From the IMG/VR virus record IMGVR_UViG_3300027365_000009, positions 85,877-149,876 of that record: a stretch of DNA of 64,000 bases; one strand, 5' to 3'. Positions 37,124 to 46,860 of this stretch are shown piece after piece. The notes beneath the pieces are model-generated. The model searched no databases. It saw only the letters and a program-made list of their open reading frames with translations, and was not told where the DNA came from. A program made the translations under genes and the position numbers. This stretch comes from a virus. Positions within the stretch are counted from its first letter, which is position 1; each line of letters begins with the position of its first letter.

Positions 37124-37606
37124 ATGTACGCCATATCACAAGAACGATTTCTGGCTCGCGTGAGCGACACATTCGACATTGAACTCACCAACAGTCAACC
37201 CGATAGCATCGAAAGCTACCAGGTCACGCCGATGTGGCTAGGGAATGGCTGGTTCCAGTTGGACGATCACCACCCGCGATTGTTGTCGATCACCACCCGC
37301 GATCGACATTGGGGCGTATTGGTATATTTCTTGAATGGCGCAACACACAAACCCTACATGACGGTACATGGTGCTAATGTTACGTGTTGGGATGATTTCC
37401 CTTCAGAAGTCCAGTGGGCGCTTTGGAAGATCCTTCATCATTTCCATCGCCCGGACAGCGATCTTCATCCCAAACATCTAACACAACACACGTTACACCT
37501 CTTACAAGAGAACGGTACTTTATCGAAGCGAAAGTGCGCTAAGATACGTCCCATCATGGAGCGTTGGTTCTATCGACTGAATCCCGTGTATCAACCACCC
37601 ATGTAG
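37124..37606 (+). CDS. Hypothetical protein
   Basis: 160 aa, followed by a UUCG hairpin at 37618-37635. Confidence 0.7.
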   Translation: MYAISQERFLARVSDTFDIELTNSQPDSIESYQVTPMWLGNGWFQLDDHHPRLLSITTRDRHWGVLVYFLNGATHKPYMTVHGANVTCWDDFPSEVQWALWKILHHFHRPDSDLHPKHLTQHTLHLLQENGTLSKRKCAKIRPIMERWFYRLNPVYQPPM

Positions 37607-37717
37607 ATGGCGCCCCGCCCTCCCTTCGGGGAGGGATTTTCTGTCCTTAACGTGAAAATACCCACTTGCCTGATGATCTGCTAATGACTTTCTGTCTGTC
37701 ACTTGACTACTAAGGAT

Positions 37718-38215
37718 ATGTCCATGGATATGCAATCACCCAATGAGACCCCTGCGGTGTTCGTTCAATCACGGCCTTTTACCATCAAGATGGGGGAGTC
37801 CTGCTTTGGCCTACAAACCACGGACGCTGATAGCGTTCAACACACGACGCTTACCCTGTATCAGGAAGAAGGCGGTGCCAATACCATTATTCAAGCCGAA
37901 GGGCAGGTGGTAGCCACTACAGTCGAACCCATCATGGGCGTTGATGAAGAAGGCAAGGTTATTGCTGACCGGTCAGTCGGGGCCTATATTGGTGTCCTCA
38001 CCCAGTGTCAAGACGACGTTTTTATTGTCACCCTCATCATCGAGGGTACTGATGGAATCTTCCATGAGCAACGGTCGGTGTCCGTGGAGTGTGATCGGAA
38101 AGACGACCTAGTGTTAAGTTATCATCACCACCATAACTGCGTTTTCATTACGTCTAACCGAAAGAACGGGACCTTGGCCCGCATCGATAACATCCGCAAA
38201 GGAGTCGCCGCGTGA
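37718..38215 (+). CDS. Hypothetical protein
   Basis: GTGA overlap with dcd. Confidence 0.7.
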   Translation: MSMDMQSPNETPAVFVQSRPFTIKMGESCFGLQTTDADSVQHTTLTLYQEEGGANTIIQAEGQVVATTVEPIMGVDEEGKVIADRSVGAYIGVLTQCQDDVFIVTLIIEGTDGIFHEQRSVSVECDRKDDLVLSYHHHHNCVFITSNRKNGTLARIDNIRKGVAA

Positions 38216-38871
38216 TCCTTTCTGACCGCACCATTCGTAATCTTTGTCAACACCCTTATCAACACGAACATGTTATTGAACGGAAGACATACGAGAGTGG
38301 GTTAGAGGCTGTACGTATCGACGATAACCTGTCGATCTACAACAACCAACGCCCAATGATTCAGCCGTTTGTCGATGGTCAAGTGCGGGAAGTGGAAGGA
38401 CAGAAGATCGTTAGCTATGGCTTGTCGTCTTATGGATACGATGTCCGACTGGCCGACGAATTCAAAATTTTCACTAACGTCAGAAACGCCGTGATTGATC
38501 CTCTCAATCCTGACCCGGATTGTTTTATCAGTCACAAGGGTGATTCCTGCATTATCCCGCCGAACAGCTACATCCTGGGACACACGGTAGAAACCTTTCG
38601 TATCCCTCGCAATGTCATGGTGGTGGCGGTTGGGAAAAGTACCTATGCACGTCTCGCCGGTATCATTAATGTGACACCGATCGAACCTGAGTTCGAAGGA
38701 AATGTGGTCATCGAAATCGCAAACGCGTCCACGCTTCCATTGAAGGTTTATGCAGGTCAAGGCATTGCGCAGTTCATGTTTTTCAAAGGCGATGCGGAAT
38801 GTGAAACCTCTTATGCGGATAAGGATGGAAAATACCAAGGTCAGACGGGCTTGACGCTCGCTCGTCTCTAA
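38212..38871 (+). CDS. dcd: dCTP deaminase
   Basis: Motifs [37 protein letters not shown] and [12 protein letters not shown]. Confidence 0.96.
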   Translation: MILSDRTIRNLCQHPYQHEHVIERKTYESGLEAVRIDDNLSIYNNQRPMIQPFVDGQVREVEGQKIVSYGLSSYGYDVRLADEFKIFTNVRNAVIDPLNPDPDCFISHKGDSCIIPPNSYILGHTVETFRIPRNVMVVAVGKSTYARLAGIINVTPIEPEFEGNVVIEIANASTLPLKVYAGQGIAQFMFFKGDAECETSYADKDGKYQGQTGLTLARL

Positions 38872-38928
38872 ATATACCCTCCCCAATATGGGGAGGGAGT
38901 CTATGCCGATAAGAAAAAGGAACACGTA

Positions 38929-39405
38929 ATGACGCACACTATAATGACCAAACACCGGCCACACCTTCTAGATTTCTTTATGCCGTTAAATGGGTACTGT
39001 GGGTCGGAACTCCACATCCAGCTCACCATGACTCCCATTGAGATTGTCACCAAAACAAAGTATCATGACTATCTATCTGAGGTAGTGGTAGAAGGAGACC
39101 TTGGGATTTATCGATACACGGTGATATTCCCAACAGCGGAATGGGACCATTTGCACATATACGACGCCCTGGACATCCAACGCGAATGTTTGGCCAAAAT
39201 CGGAGATAACCACGGTGTTGTGTTACGCTATGTAGGACCGGCAGTGAAACATCGGGCGTGTCCCAGTAACATGCTGTCCCCTACGGATGACCTGCCAATC
39301 TTCAACCAATACTACGATCCAGAAGACTATACCGATTGGCGTTTGGGAATTGAAGCCCATCCTCAGCGAGAAACCCTGTTTCTTCCTTACCGTATCACAC
39401 GGTGA
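38929..39405 (+). CDS. Hypothetical protein
   Basis: RBS AAGGA. Confidence 0.7.
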   Translation: MTHTIMTKHRPHLLDFFMPLNGYCGSELHIQLTMTPIEIVTKTKYHDYLSEVVVEGDLGIYRYTVIFPTAEWDHLHIYDALDIQRECLAKIGDNHGVVLRYVGPAVKHRACPSNMLSPTDDLPIFNQYYDPEDYTDWRLGIEAHPQRETLFLPYRITR

Positions 39406-39434
39406 GCCTTAAGGGTGGGTGTGAGTCAACCAGT

Positions 39435-39459
39435 AATAAAACCTATATCACTGACATGA
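39435..39459 (+). promoter_or_regulatory. Putative phage early promoter
   Basis: AATAAAACCTATATCACTGACATG. Confidence 0.65.
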
Positions 39460-39486
39460 CCCATCCACCCTAAGAAGGACACCGCC

Positions 39487-40410
39487 ATGTTGTTCTGTAC
39501 CCGCCAACCGCTGTTCGTCGATATCACCAAGCATATTTTGGTGTGGCTTGCCGATCTGTCTATCACCCCGGATAGTGTTATCCAAAACACCCTTAGTGCA
39601 TTACCCAAATGCCAGGATTATCAGATTCGACTCTCGTCGGCGACGGTAGAGGTCGTCGCGATTGACGATGACGAGTATCCTTACGGGTTTACGTTGGCTA
39701 AACGTGATCTCCCCCTCCGAGATAAAGCAATCCAGTTCAGCACTGCCGACGCAACCGCTCAGCAGATTGCACAGATTATCACGGAAAGCAGCGTGGTAGA
39801 CGACATGCCACTTCAACACGCTCATTTCGGGACCGCAATGACATACGCCTTGATGCGCCATGTTGGCGAGGACCTTCGGCTGACGCTGCATTTTCGCTCC
39901 TCCATTGTAGGTCTCCATCTTGGTATTGTGGGGAAAACCCGCACAGGGAGAGCGGTGGTGAATGAAGGGTTCGATTACCCCATCGAGATGGACAGTGCTC
40001 TTACGCCAAACGACCTACCGTTGGTTGATACAGGGAAAGAACACTTCTTCCGTCTCCACTACCTAGGGAAAGGGAATCAGGATATCGTTTATATGGCTTC
40101 AGAATGCGATCTGGAGGCTGTTCTCTTCCAAGGTAGGGACTTGTCCTACCTAGCAGGACAATGGCCTTATAAGGCGTTTACGGCCCTTTGTCGAGGGGAT
40201 AACACAAAACGCCCTGGACTTGCATTAAAAACTCCTAAAGGTTGGATCGTTTTGCTTCACGATTCACGCCATGATTCAGCTCCGTTTTATGTCTATCGTC
40301 TCCCTGATGCCTACAAAGGACAGTATGGTATATCTAATGGCATGTACCTGGGAAGTGAGATGACACAACTCCTGCTGGCTAGCCAGCCGTTCCACGTTCT
40401 TACCCATTAA
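39487..40410 (+). CDS. Hypothetical protein
   Basis: 307 aa with RBS AAGGA. Confidence 0.75.
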   Translation: MLFCTRQPLFVDITKHILVWLADLSITPDSVIQNTLSALPKCQDYQIRLSSATVEVVAIDDDEYPYGFTLAKRDLPLRDKAIQFSTADATAQQIAQIITESSVVDDMPLQHAHFGTAMTYALMRHVGEDLRLTLHFRSSIVGLHLGIVGKTRTGRAVVNEGFDYPIEMDSALTPNDLPLVDTGKEHFFRLHYLGKGNQDIVYMASECDLEAVLFQGRDLSYLAGQWPYKAFTALCRGDNTKRPGLALKTPKGWIVLLHDSRHDSAPFYVYRLPDAYKGQYGISNGMYLGSEMTQLLLASQPFHVLTH

Positions 40411-40456
40411 CCACACGCCCTTCTACGGAAGGGCCTCTCTACCGAGGATCGATACC

Positions 40457-41005
40457 ATGATGATTCGTGCTGCACTGTATAACCTTTACCTGACGCTTGT
40501 CGCATTGGCATATGGAATAGTTCACCGAATACCGGGCTGGAAATATCCATTGACCCACCAGATTGATCAAGGGGATACCTTCCACACCCATGGGTCGTCG
40601 ATGGAACTCTTTGCTTTTAATCGTCTAAAACACGCCAAACAGCTGACATTGCTATCGTGGGTAAACGCCCCACTGGTGTTGGTCACCACGTTCCAGGGCA
40701 ACATCATGTATGTAACAGCCTTTCGGTTAGTGAAAGACATTGGCCAAACCGATATCGCCGTTGCCACTCGGGGCGTGCAGGGTAAAGACGGCCGTTTCTT
40801 CTACCACTATACCAACGGCCAACTCCAACGGGCGCTCCGCCCGACCGGGAAAAGTCGGCATATGGGATTCCTTCCGAACGATCCCCTCTTCACTGTTGTG
40901 GAGCCACTGACCGACCGCGATAGAGCAGCGATTGATAATTATCGTGATAAGGCCGACGGACCACTTCTTCCGGATGTCGGTCCAGAAACGATCATCTCCC
41001 ATTAA
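40457..41005 (+). CDS. Hypothetical protein with hydrophobic N-terminus
   Basis: RBS GAGGA. Confidence 0.7.
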   Translation: MMIRAALYNLYLTLVALAYGIVHRIPGWKYPLTHQIDQGDTFHTHGSSMELFAFNRLKHAKQLTLLSWVNAPLVLVTTFQGNIMYVTAFRLVKDIGQTDIAVATRGVQGKDGRFFYHYTNGQLQRALRPTGKSRHMGFLPNDPLFTVVEPLTDRDRAAIDNYRDKADGPLLPDVGPETIISH

Positions 41006-41016
41006 TTCCCGTACTG

Positions 41017-41436
41017 GTGAACACGATGTTAACGACCCCCGACTTACTGAAACTTATCGCCACCAACGGCGGAATCGAACAACAAAAAAACAACGCAGTA
41101 ACCGCCTTAGTCAACCACCTTCATCTCGATCACGATGAGAGTCCCCTGAAGCGCCGTCTTCAAGCCATTTTCCTAGACAATGTTTTCGGTTATGTGGCGA
41201 TTGAATACATCGAGAAAACTCGTCCAGTTGGCGTATTATGGATAGGTAGTAAACAGATCATGGTATTTGTACATCCCGATCATCGTCGGTGTGGTATTGC
41301 CAAAAAACTAATCGGTCGGGTAACGGGTATTCTCGATGACCGACCCAGTCTGTGGTATGATAATAGCGAGGGCCTCTATCGTCTAATGGATCCATTCTGT
41401 ACGTTGAGTGGCCCCACTCAACGACAGCGCGCCTGA
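41017..41436 (+). CDS. GNAT-family acetyltransferase
   Basis: VFVHPDHRRCGIAKKL is acetyl-CoA binding motif A. Confidence 0.75.
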   Translation: MNTMLTTPDLLKLIATNGGIEQQKNNAVTALVNHLHLDHDESPLKRRLQAIFLDNVFGYVAIEYIEKTRPVGVLWIGSKQIMVFVHPDHRRCGIAKKLIGRVTGILDDRPSLWYDNSEGLYRLMDPFCTLSGPTQRQRA

Positions 41437-41482
41437 TTGGCGTCATAGAAGAAGGGTCCTGCGGGGCCCTCTTTTTTTTTGT

Positions 41483-41737
41483 TTAACGGCGTTGGTTTCG
41501 GTATTGATATCGGTACATGGCCAGTTCGGTCACCAGTCTCACTGCCGGTTCACTGTTCCCATGTTCGATACCTCGAAGGCGATCTTTCACATAGTGGCGT
41601 TTTGCTGCAGTGGTACTCTGCCATCGATGGGCATTGATCACGATATCATGCAGTGCTTCTCCGGTTAGTGCCGATAACTGAGAACGAATTAAAAAATCAA
41701 TCGCAACATGCATGGCGATCTGTTTGACGTCTTTCAT
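41483..41737 (-). CDS. Hypothetical protein
   Basis: 84 aa with RBS AAGGG. Confidence 0.55.
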   Translation of the reverse strand: MKDVKQIAMHVAIDFLIRSQLSALTGEALHDIVINAHRWQSTTAAKRHYVKDRLRGIEHGNSEPAVRLVTELAMYRYQYRNQRR

Positions 41738-41794
41738 TTTAGTACCCTTCAGGATAGTAGTGAAATCCTTCAGGTTCCCTGGTTTTTTTTTGGT

Positions 41795-42550
41795 TTACTC
41801 AACGGATCGCAGCACCGGCCGCCAACCATGGACGGCGACAGCATAATCTGTTCTTACTGAACTGAAGGCCGTCAAGGAAGAATGACCACGGAATATTCTA
41901 TCCCCGTAGGTATCGGTTTCACTTGCCGATGTCCAAGTGGCTCGCCCATCTCCCTCGCCAATAGATAAATCGCCATTCGTATAGTTAATACCCCACTCCA
42001 AACCGTCCGGATCGTCAATATGTATTGGATACATCAGTCTATTCCACTCACCCCCAGGACTCGATGCTGGATTGGTATCACCGCCAGTGAGTAGGGTGAC
42101 TTTAAAAACATTATCATTTACCGTGACCGTTGAGGTGCTACTATTTTCAACTGTCAGATGCTGGTCGTTAATCTCCCGCGCTGTAATTGTGTGGCGAATG
42201 GGTTTCTTCGCCACGTAAACCACACGTCCATCTAGACTAAATTTCAACCACGCTGACTCGGCGTCATGTTGTAGGGTCCCGGCACTCAAGCCCACTTGGT
42301 ACGACAAGGAACTATATGTTATAAAATCAGAACCGACTATTTCGCCGTAAAATCCTGTTAGTTCGTCGCCTGCAATTATGGTGGACCCCGGAGGTACATA
42401 GGCTTGAGTCCCGAGGATCTCAAAACACCCTAAGGTACTCCCGTCGTGCAACCTGAGTGCACGCTTCTCCAGATCGATAGAAAGCTCCCCATTGGGAAGT
42501 GTCAAGCCATTATTCTGTGTCGTATCGCCTCTCAAGAAACGCGTTCTCAT
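41795..42550 (-). CDS. Mtd-like virion protein (Mtd N-terminal domain plus GWRPVL C-terminal domain)
   Basis: ATG 42550 with RBS GAGGAG. The N-terminus RFLRGDTTQ...GELSIDLEKRALRLHDG resembles BPP-1 Mtd (QFRGGTTAQH...EITVDTDKNTVVVHDG). The C-terminus has WLKF, EWNRL and GWRPVL. Confidence 0.75.
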   Translation of the reverse strand: MRTRFLRGDTTQNNGLTLPNGELSIDLEKRALRLHDGSTLGCFEILGTQAYVPPGSTIIAGDELTGFYGEIVGSDFITYSSLSYQVGLSAGTLQHDAESAWLKFSLDGRVVYVAKKPIRHTITAREINDQHLTVENSSTSTVTVNDNVFKVTLLTGGDTNPASSPGGEWNRLMYPIHIDDPDGLEWGINYTNGDLSIGEGDGRATWTSASETDTYGDRIFRGHSSLTAFSSVRTDYAVAVHGWRPVLRSVE

Positions 42551-42607
42551 AATCTTACTCCTCAAAGTCTTCATAAAACCCCTCCCCGTGGGGAGGGGTG
42601 TATACGG

Positions 42608-42763
42608 CTACAGCTTCAAGCGCCGTTCGGCGCCACGTTCCAGTTGAGACACCAAACCAACTTTCGCCTCCGCCACATTACGCGCTACCTGATTCGGGTA
42701 GTTAATTTGACGGGTGTTCACGTTAGCCTGCTGTCCACGGGGAGTAACTGGACCAGATGCCAT
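42608..42763 (-). CDS. 51-aa protein resembling the tail-tube C-terminus
   Basis: Not in the track. RBS AGGGGG. VAEAKVGLVSQLERGAERRL compares with tube [20 protein letters not shown]. Confidence 0.6.
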   Translation of the reverse strand: MASGPVTPRGQQANVNTRQINYPNQVARNVAEAKVGLVSQLERGAERRLKL

Positions 42764-42779
42764 ACTTACCCCCTATGCC

Positions 42780-43643
42780 TTAATAGCTGATCCGATTGCT
42801 GGCACCTTGCTCCAGCTGAGACGCAGTGCCGTTATCGGCCGCCTCAACATCAGCACCGATGTTCTCGAGCCACAGCGGATTCTCATTGGGGTTCATGCCT
42901 GCCAGGTTCAGGTTCTGGAGAATCTGTTTGGCAAAGAGCTGAGTGCCCAGTGAGACATCTGAGGTCGCAGTGAACTCGATGTTGATGTCGAGGTTCTGAC
43001 CCAGTTGCGAAGCATCCTTGGAACCTTCCCATGCCGGAGTAGCGGTCGGGTACATGTTGGTGCACAGCCAAGCACTGACCACATCGGTGAAGGTGGGGTC
43101 AGGCTCAACGTACAGGACCGTTGCGCCATAGAAGGTCGCGTCGTAGTCCTCAGCTGTCACCTGACCGTTAGAGACCACCAGCGGGACCTTGGTGTTCTCG
43201 TCCCCGATACCATAGGTGATCCACCACCGCATGAACTTGGTGATGGCACGGCCCTGGAGTTCCCAGGTACCGTGAGTCGGGTTGGAGACCGCACGGGTCA
43301 CGTTGGTCGGAGTCTGGATACGCTCACCAGAACCACCCACCGGTGATTCGGCAGTATCCACGGTCAGCTGCTGGTTGAGACCATCGATAGTCCGGGTATG
43401 GTTCTCGATGAACGCTTTCAGGCAGCGGACCATCAGGGCCGGGTCAGGAGCGAACTGAAAGAAACGCGGCGCTTCGATCAGGAAAGGGACGACATTACGG
43501 CGAACGTAAGGAGTGTTCGCTGCCAGGTTGGCCAGGTTCGGCGCAAACTGTTTGGTCCCCGATTGGGACATGTCGATCGTATTTGCCGCTTGGCCCGCGC
43601 CATAAGCGCGGTTACCAATGAACGGGTTCGTATAACGTGCCAT
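42780..43643 (-). CDS. Tail tube protein (phiKZ gp30-like)
   Basis: 287 aa, immediately downstream of the sheath. Contains PYVRRN and WLCTNMYP. Synteny supports the call. Confidence 0.8.
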   Translation of the reverse strand: MARYTNPFIGNRAYGAGQAANTIDMSQSGTKQFAPNLANLAANTPYVRRNVVPFLIEAPRFFQFAPDPALMVRCLKAFIENHTRTIDGLNQQLTVDTAESPVGGSGERIQTPTNVTRAVSNPTHGTWELQGRAITKFMRWWITYGIGDENTKVPLVVSNGQVTAEDYDATFYGATVLYVEPDPTFTDVVSAWLCTNMYPTATPAWEGSKDASQLGQNLDINIEFTATSDVSLGTQLFAKQILQNLNLAGMNPNENPLWLENIGADVEAADNGTASQLEQGASNRISY

Positions 43644-43673
43644 TCGAGTTATCCTCTATGCGCTTATGGGGGG

Positions 43674-45761
43674 TTACTGGTTGAGGTCTTCCATCCGACG
43701 AGTTTCCAGATCGAAGATCATCACCGTCTTCGGGTTGTTGGCGTAGACCGTCACCCGACAGTGCCAGCTGAAACCACGCTGGTCGTCTGCCTCGGTGAAG
43801 TAGGTCTCTGGCACCACCACCACACGGTCATTGTAACGACCTTCCACCAGCTGCAGCACAAGGTTATCACAGCGCTCGATGAACTGCGGACGAGTCAGCT
43901 TAGCGTTACCAGACAGCTCAGCATGGACACGACGAACCAGGCGCATCACGTCACAGCAGATAGACACCGTGATCGGAGAGATCAGCACGGAGGTGTCATC
44001 GTTGTAGACAGAATGCAGGGCCGGGTAGTACTGACTACGGCGGTCGTAAGAGAGGGTGTAAGTAGCACCGTTCTCCCACAGGTCGGACTGGGTGCGCTCG
44101 TTGAAGAACTTAACGTTCAGGTCCTTCACCAGCTCCACGCGGTTGTTCGGGCTGACGTCGATATCAGCGCCTTCACGCATGTTGCCGGTACCCGCGCCAG
44201 CAAACCGCGCCCAGCGTTGGGCGTAGTCGAGCACCAGGGGCACTGGCTTGGTATAACCGCCACCTGCCAGACGACCAGTCTGCTGGATGATCTCAGCGCG
44301 ACACACCGGGGTCGAATACAGTGTGGACTCCGGGTAAGCCCGCAGACGCGCCATCAATGCCTGGGAACGGGAGATCTCCTCGGACTTGGTGGGCGAACGA
44401 CCTTCAGCTTCCACGTATGTGGTGAAGATAGCGCGGATGTCTTGACGTCGACCCAGGATGTTCATCATCTGGTACTTACCGTCCATGGAAAGGCCGGTAT
44501 CATATACCACTGAGAACGGATAAACCGCGAGGTTATCGTACTCGTCACCGAGATCGCCGAAGTTGAGGTTCTCGCGATTCACGAGTTTCTCATATTCGGC
44601 AAGGCTAGTGGTACCATCGCCGCCACCAGAAGCGTAAACGGTGGTTTCCTTACCCATGCTGATGCCGCCTTTCAGCGGACCTTCCAGCACGAGGGCGTGG
44701 TAGGGGTCGCCATCGATGTCCACGCCAGTGAAGACATCAAACTGACCCGGATCTTCCATATGCGCGGTTGCAGCGGGGTTCACGGCCATTTCGGCGTTGA
44801 ACAGGTGCATCTGGACAGACTCCAGATTCTCCTGGTATACATAGAACTCACTGAACGGCGCGTAGAGGGGCGGAGTACCAGACTCGATACCGTCGTCCTC
44901 GTAGGACTGGACCACCACTTCAGGAGCGTAATACTCCTTATCAGTAGACTCGCTATAAGCCCCCGGAGTGAAGCAGAAATCCACGTAGTCCTCACCGGAA
45001 GCAGTACGCACCACCACGGGGGAAGAACTTTCGCGATCGCGCCGCATAAACTGCGCGCGGTACATGCGCGTTTTAAAGGTGTTGTAGGTCTGCTCATCAA
45101 AGGGCAGAGCGTCTTCTGTGGTCGGGGCCCACATACGGAAACCGAGCAGATTACCCATTTCACCAAAGAAGCTGGCAGGCATCTCGAGCAGCGGTACCAG
45201 AGTTGACTGGGCACCATCGCGGTTGGCCACAAAGCTACCATCGACAGTCTCTTGCTTGCCGACATTGGTACCATTGTCCTCAATCAGAACGATCTTGGCC
45301 CGCACCCCGTCGACCATGACGACGTTACCGTCTTCATCATACTCGTAGTCGTCTTCCACGGTACCGGGGTAGTTGAAGCCGCTCAGTTTCATGGAGCGCT
45401 TCGGCACCTCATCGTCAACCATATCGATGGCCACGATGATGCGCGCGGGATTGGGGGCATCTTCCGGACGCAGGCGCTTCACAAAGAAGCTATTGCCCTC
45501 CGCCAACAGGGTCTCCGCCAGCAGAGACTGGAGGTTGAAGAATTTACCCCGCCGGCTCAGGGTTTCCATACCGAACAGGTCATTGAAATAACCACTGTTC
45601 TGGTTCACCAGGGTGGTCTCTTCAGGACCGGTTTGGGTGAACAGGCGCAGCAAGGGCATATGCTGCGGATACGTTTCCGGCTCAAGGACCATTGTCCGAC
45701 GGGACAGGTCATTGATACCACCGAAGATAAACTTCGGGGCGGCGTTAGTCATAGTCGCCAT
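43674..45761 (-). CDS. Tail sheath protein (phiKZ gp29-like)
   Basis: 695 aa. Contains NAAP...GINDLS, YPFS.VYDTG, YPES..Y.TPVCRA and SVY.DDTSVL.S. Confidence 0.88.
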   Translation of the reverse strand: MATMTNAAPKFIFGGINDLSRRTMVLEPETYPQHMPLLRLFTQTGPEETTLVNQNSGYFNDLFGMETLSRRGKFFNLQSLLAETLLAEGNSFFVKRLRPEDAPNPARIIVAIDMVDDEVPKRSMKLSGFNYPGTVEDDYEYDEDGNVVMVDGVRAKIVLIEDNGTNVGKQETVDGSFVANRDGAQSTLVPLLEMPASFFGEMGNLLGFRMWAPTTEDALPFDEQTYNTFKTRMYRAQFMRRDRESSSPVVVRTASGEDYVDFCFTPGAYSESTDKEYYAPEVVVQSYEDDGIESGTPPLYAPFSEFYVYQENLESVQMHLFNAEMAVNPAATAHMEDPGQFDVFTGVDIDGDPYHALVLEGPLKGGISMGKETTVYASGGGDGTTSLAEYEKLVNRENLNFGDLGDEYDNLAVYPFSVVYDTGLSMDGKYQMMNILGRRQDIRAIFTTYVEAEGRSPTKSEEISRSQALMARLRAYPESTLYSTPVCRAEIIQQTGRLAGGGYTKPVPLVLDYAQRWARFAGAGTGNMREGADIDVSPNNRVELVKDLNVKFFNERTQSDLWENGATYTLSYDRRSQYYPALHSVYNDDTSVLISPITVSICCDVMRLVRRVHAELSGNAKLTRPQFIERCDNLVLQLVEGRYNDRVVVVPETYFTEADDQRGFSWHCRVTVYANNPKTVMIFDLETRRMEDLNQ

Positions 45762-45924
45762 GTTACAATCCTCCTCCGGGTATGGAGCGTTCTAACTGGA
45801 TGTTATGAATCGAAACTTCACATGCGGGTCATAGTATTACCGCCACATGACTATAATAGTCACTTAGGTAAAGTTTCCCACGGTGTCGTTTTCTCCCTCT
45901 TTTTACTCACCAAGGATATTGGCT

Positions 45925-46845
45925 ATGTTGGTTTCTCCCTATCACACACTGATCTGTCAAATGTATCCGGTGGAACGACTGCGCCGTGAGCTGCAGCGTA
46001 TGGATATTGAATACCCTCTCCCTCCGCTCACCACACCGGCAGGTAATGTAATCGCCGATGCTGTGGTCGTGGTACCTCGCGACCACTACCAGACTCAAGC
46101 GGCATTTACCCAATTCCTGAACCTGGGCGATACCAAAACCAGCAAGTGGGTCGTCGACGGGCGCGCTTACATGCGCTGGAACCATCGGGATGATTCATAT
46201 CGTCTAACAGCCGAGAACGATTATTCGTTCCAGGCGTCTCGGCTGGCGTTGTCTCAAGTGGCCGAACAAGAAGGGGATCGTCCCTTCCGCCGGTTAGGGG
46301 ATCTTCCGGTTAAAACCTTTGTAAGGTGGATTACGCTTGCCGTTGCCCAGCGGTTTAATCTTCCACTGGAGGATCAGATCCGCGTATCGGTCATTGTGGC
46401 GTATTACTATTTCACTCAGCTCAACGACACTCGCGAACAGACCGAAGATGAACGAAATCGCCTCGCCAACATGGTCAGCCGCATTGTGGGGGCACCGGTA
46501 CCCACCGTACTCGAGGCCATTGACCCCGTGGGGGCACTGACTGATCCCAAGGCACTCTCACAAGCGATTGCGGATCACAGCGGGAATGTCCGTCTGGCTA
46601 ACCTGAAATTCACTGACCTCTATATGGTACTCGCCTCTTCCTGGATTGGTGTCAATAGCCGGGAAAACGTCGGCGTTGCCCTCGAGCATATCCCGACGTT
46701 CATCGCCACGGTCTACATGGCGCTGGGGGATCGGAGTTACCGGAAAACCGTGATCACACGTCGTGCCGAATCGTCCGGTCGTCTAAACGATCAGAAACAG
46801 TTCGTCACCCAAGTCTATCGCCTGGTGGAGTCACGCTTCGCGTAA
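45925..46845 (+). CDS. Virion structural protein (phiKZ gp28-like)
   Basis: Divergent from the sheath and first of a three-gene unit, as in phiKZ-like phages. The likely start is ATG 45925. Confidence 0.7.
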   Translation: MLVSPYHTLICQMYPVERLRRELQRMDIEYPLPPLTTPAGNVIADAVVVVPRDHYQTQAAFTQFLNLGDTKTSKWVVDGRAYMRWNHRDDSYRLTAENDYSFQASRLALSQVAEQEGDRPFRRLGDLPVKTFVRWITLAVAQRFNLPLEDQIRVSVIVAYYYFTQLNDTREQTEDERNRLANMVSRIVGAPVPTVLEAIDPVGALTDPKALSQAIADHSGNVRLANLKFTDLYMVLASSWIGVNSRENVGVALEHIPTFIATVYMALGDRSYRKTVITRRAESSGRLNDQKQFVTQVYRLVESRFA

Positions 46846-46860
46846 GCCACAGGAGGGAAT

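Noticed and set aside
43005-45989. Long plus-strand ORFs (371, 245 and 169 aa) opposite the sheath and tube genes
   Set aside because: These are antisense shadows of strongly biased codon usage with no motifs. The same applies to shadows over nrdJa, dcd and the gp181-like gene.
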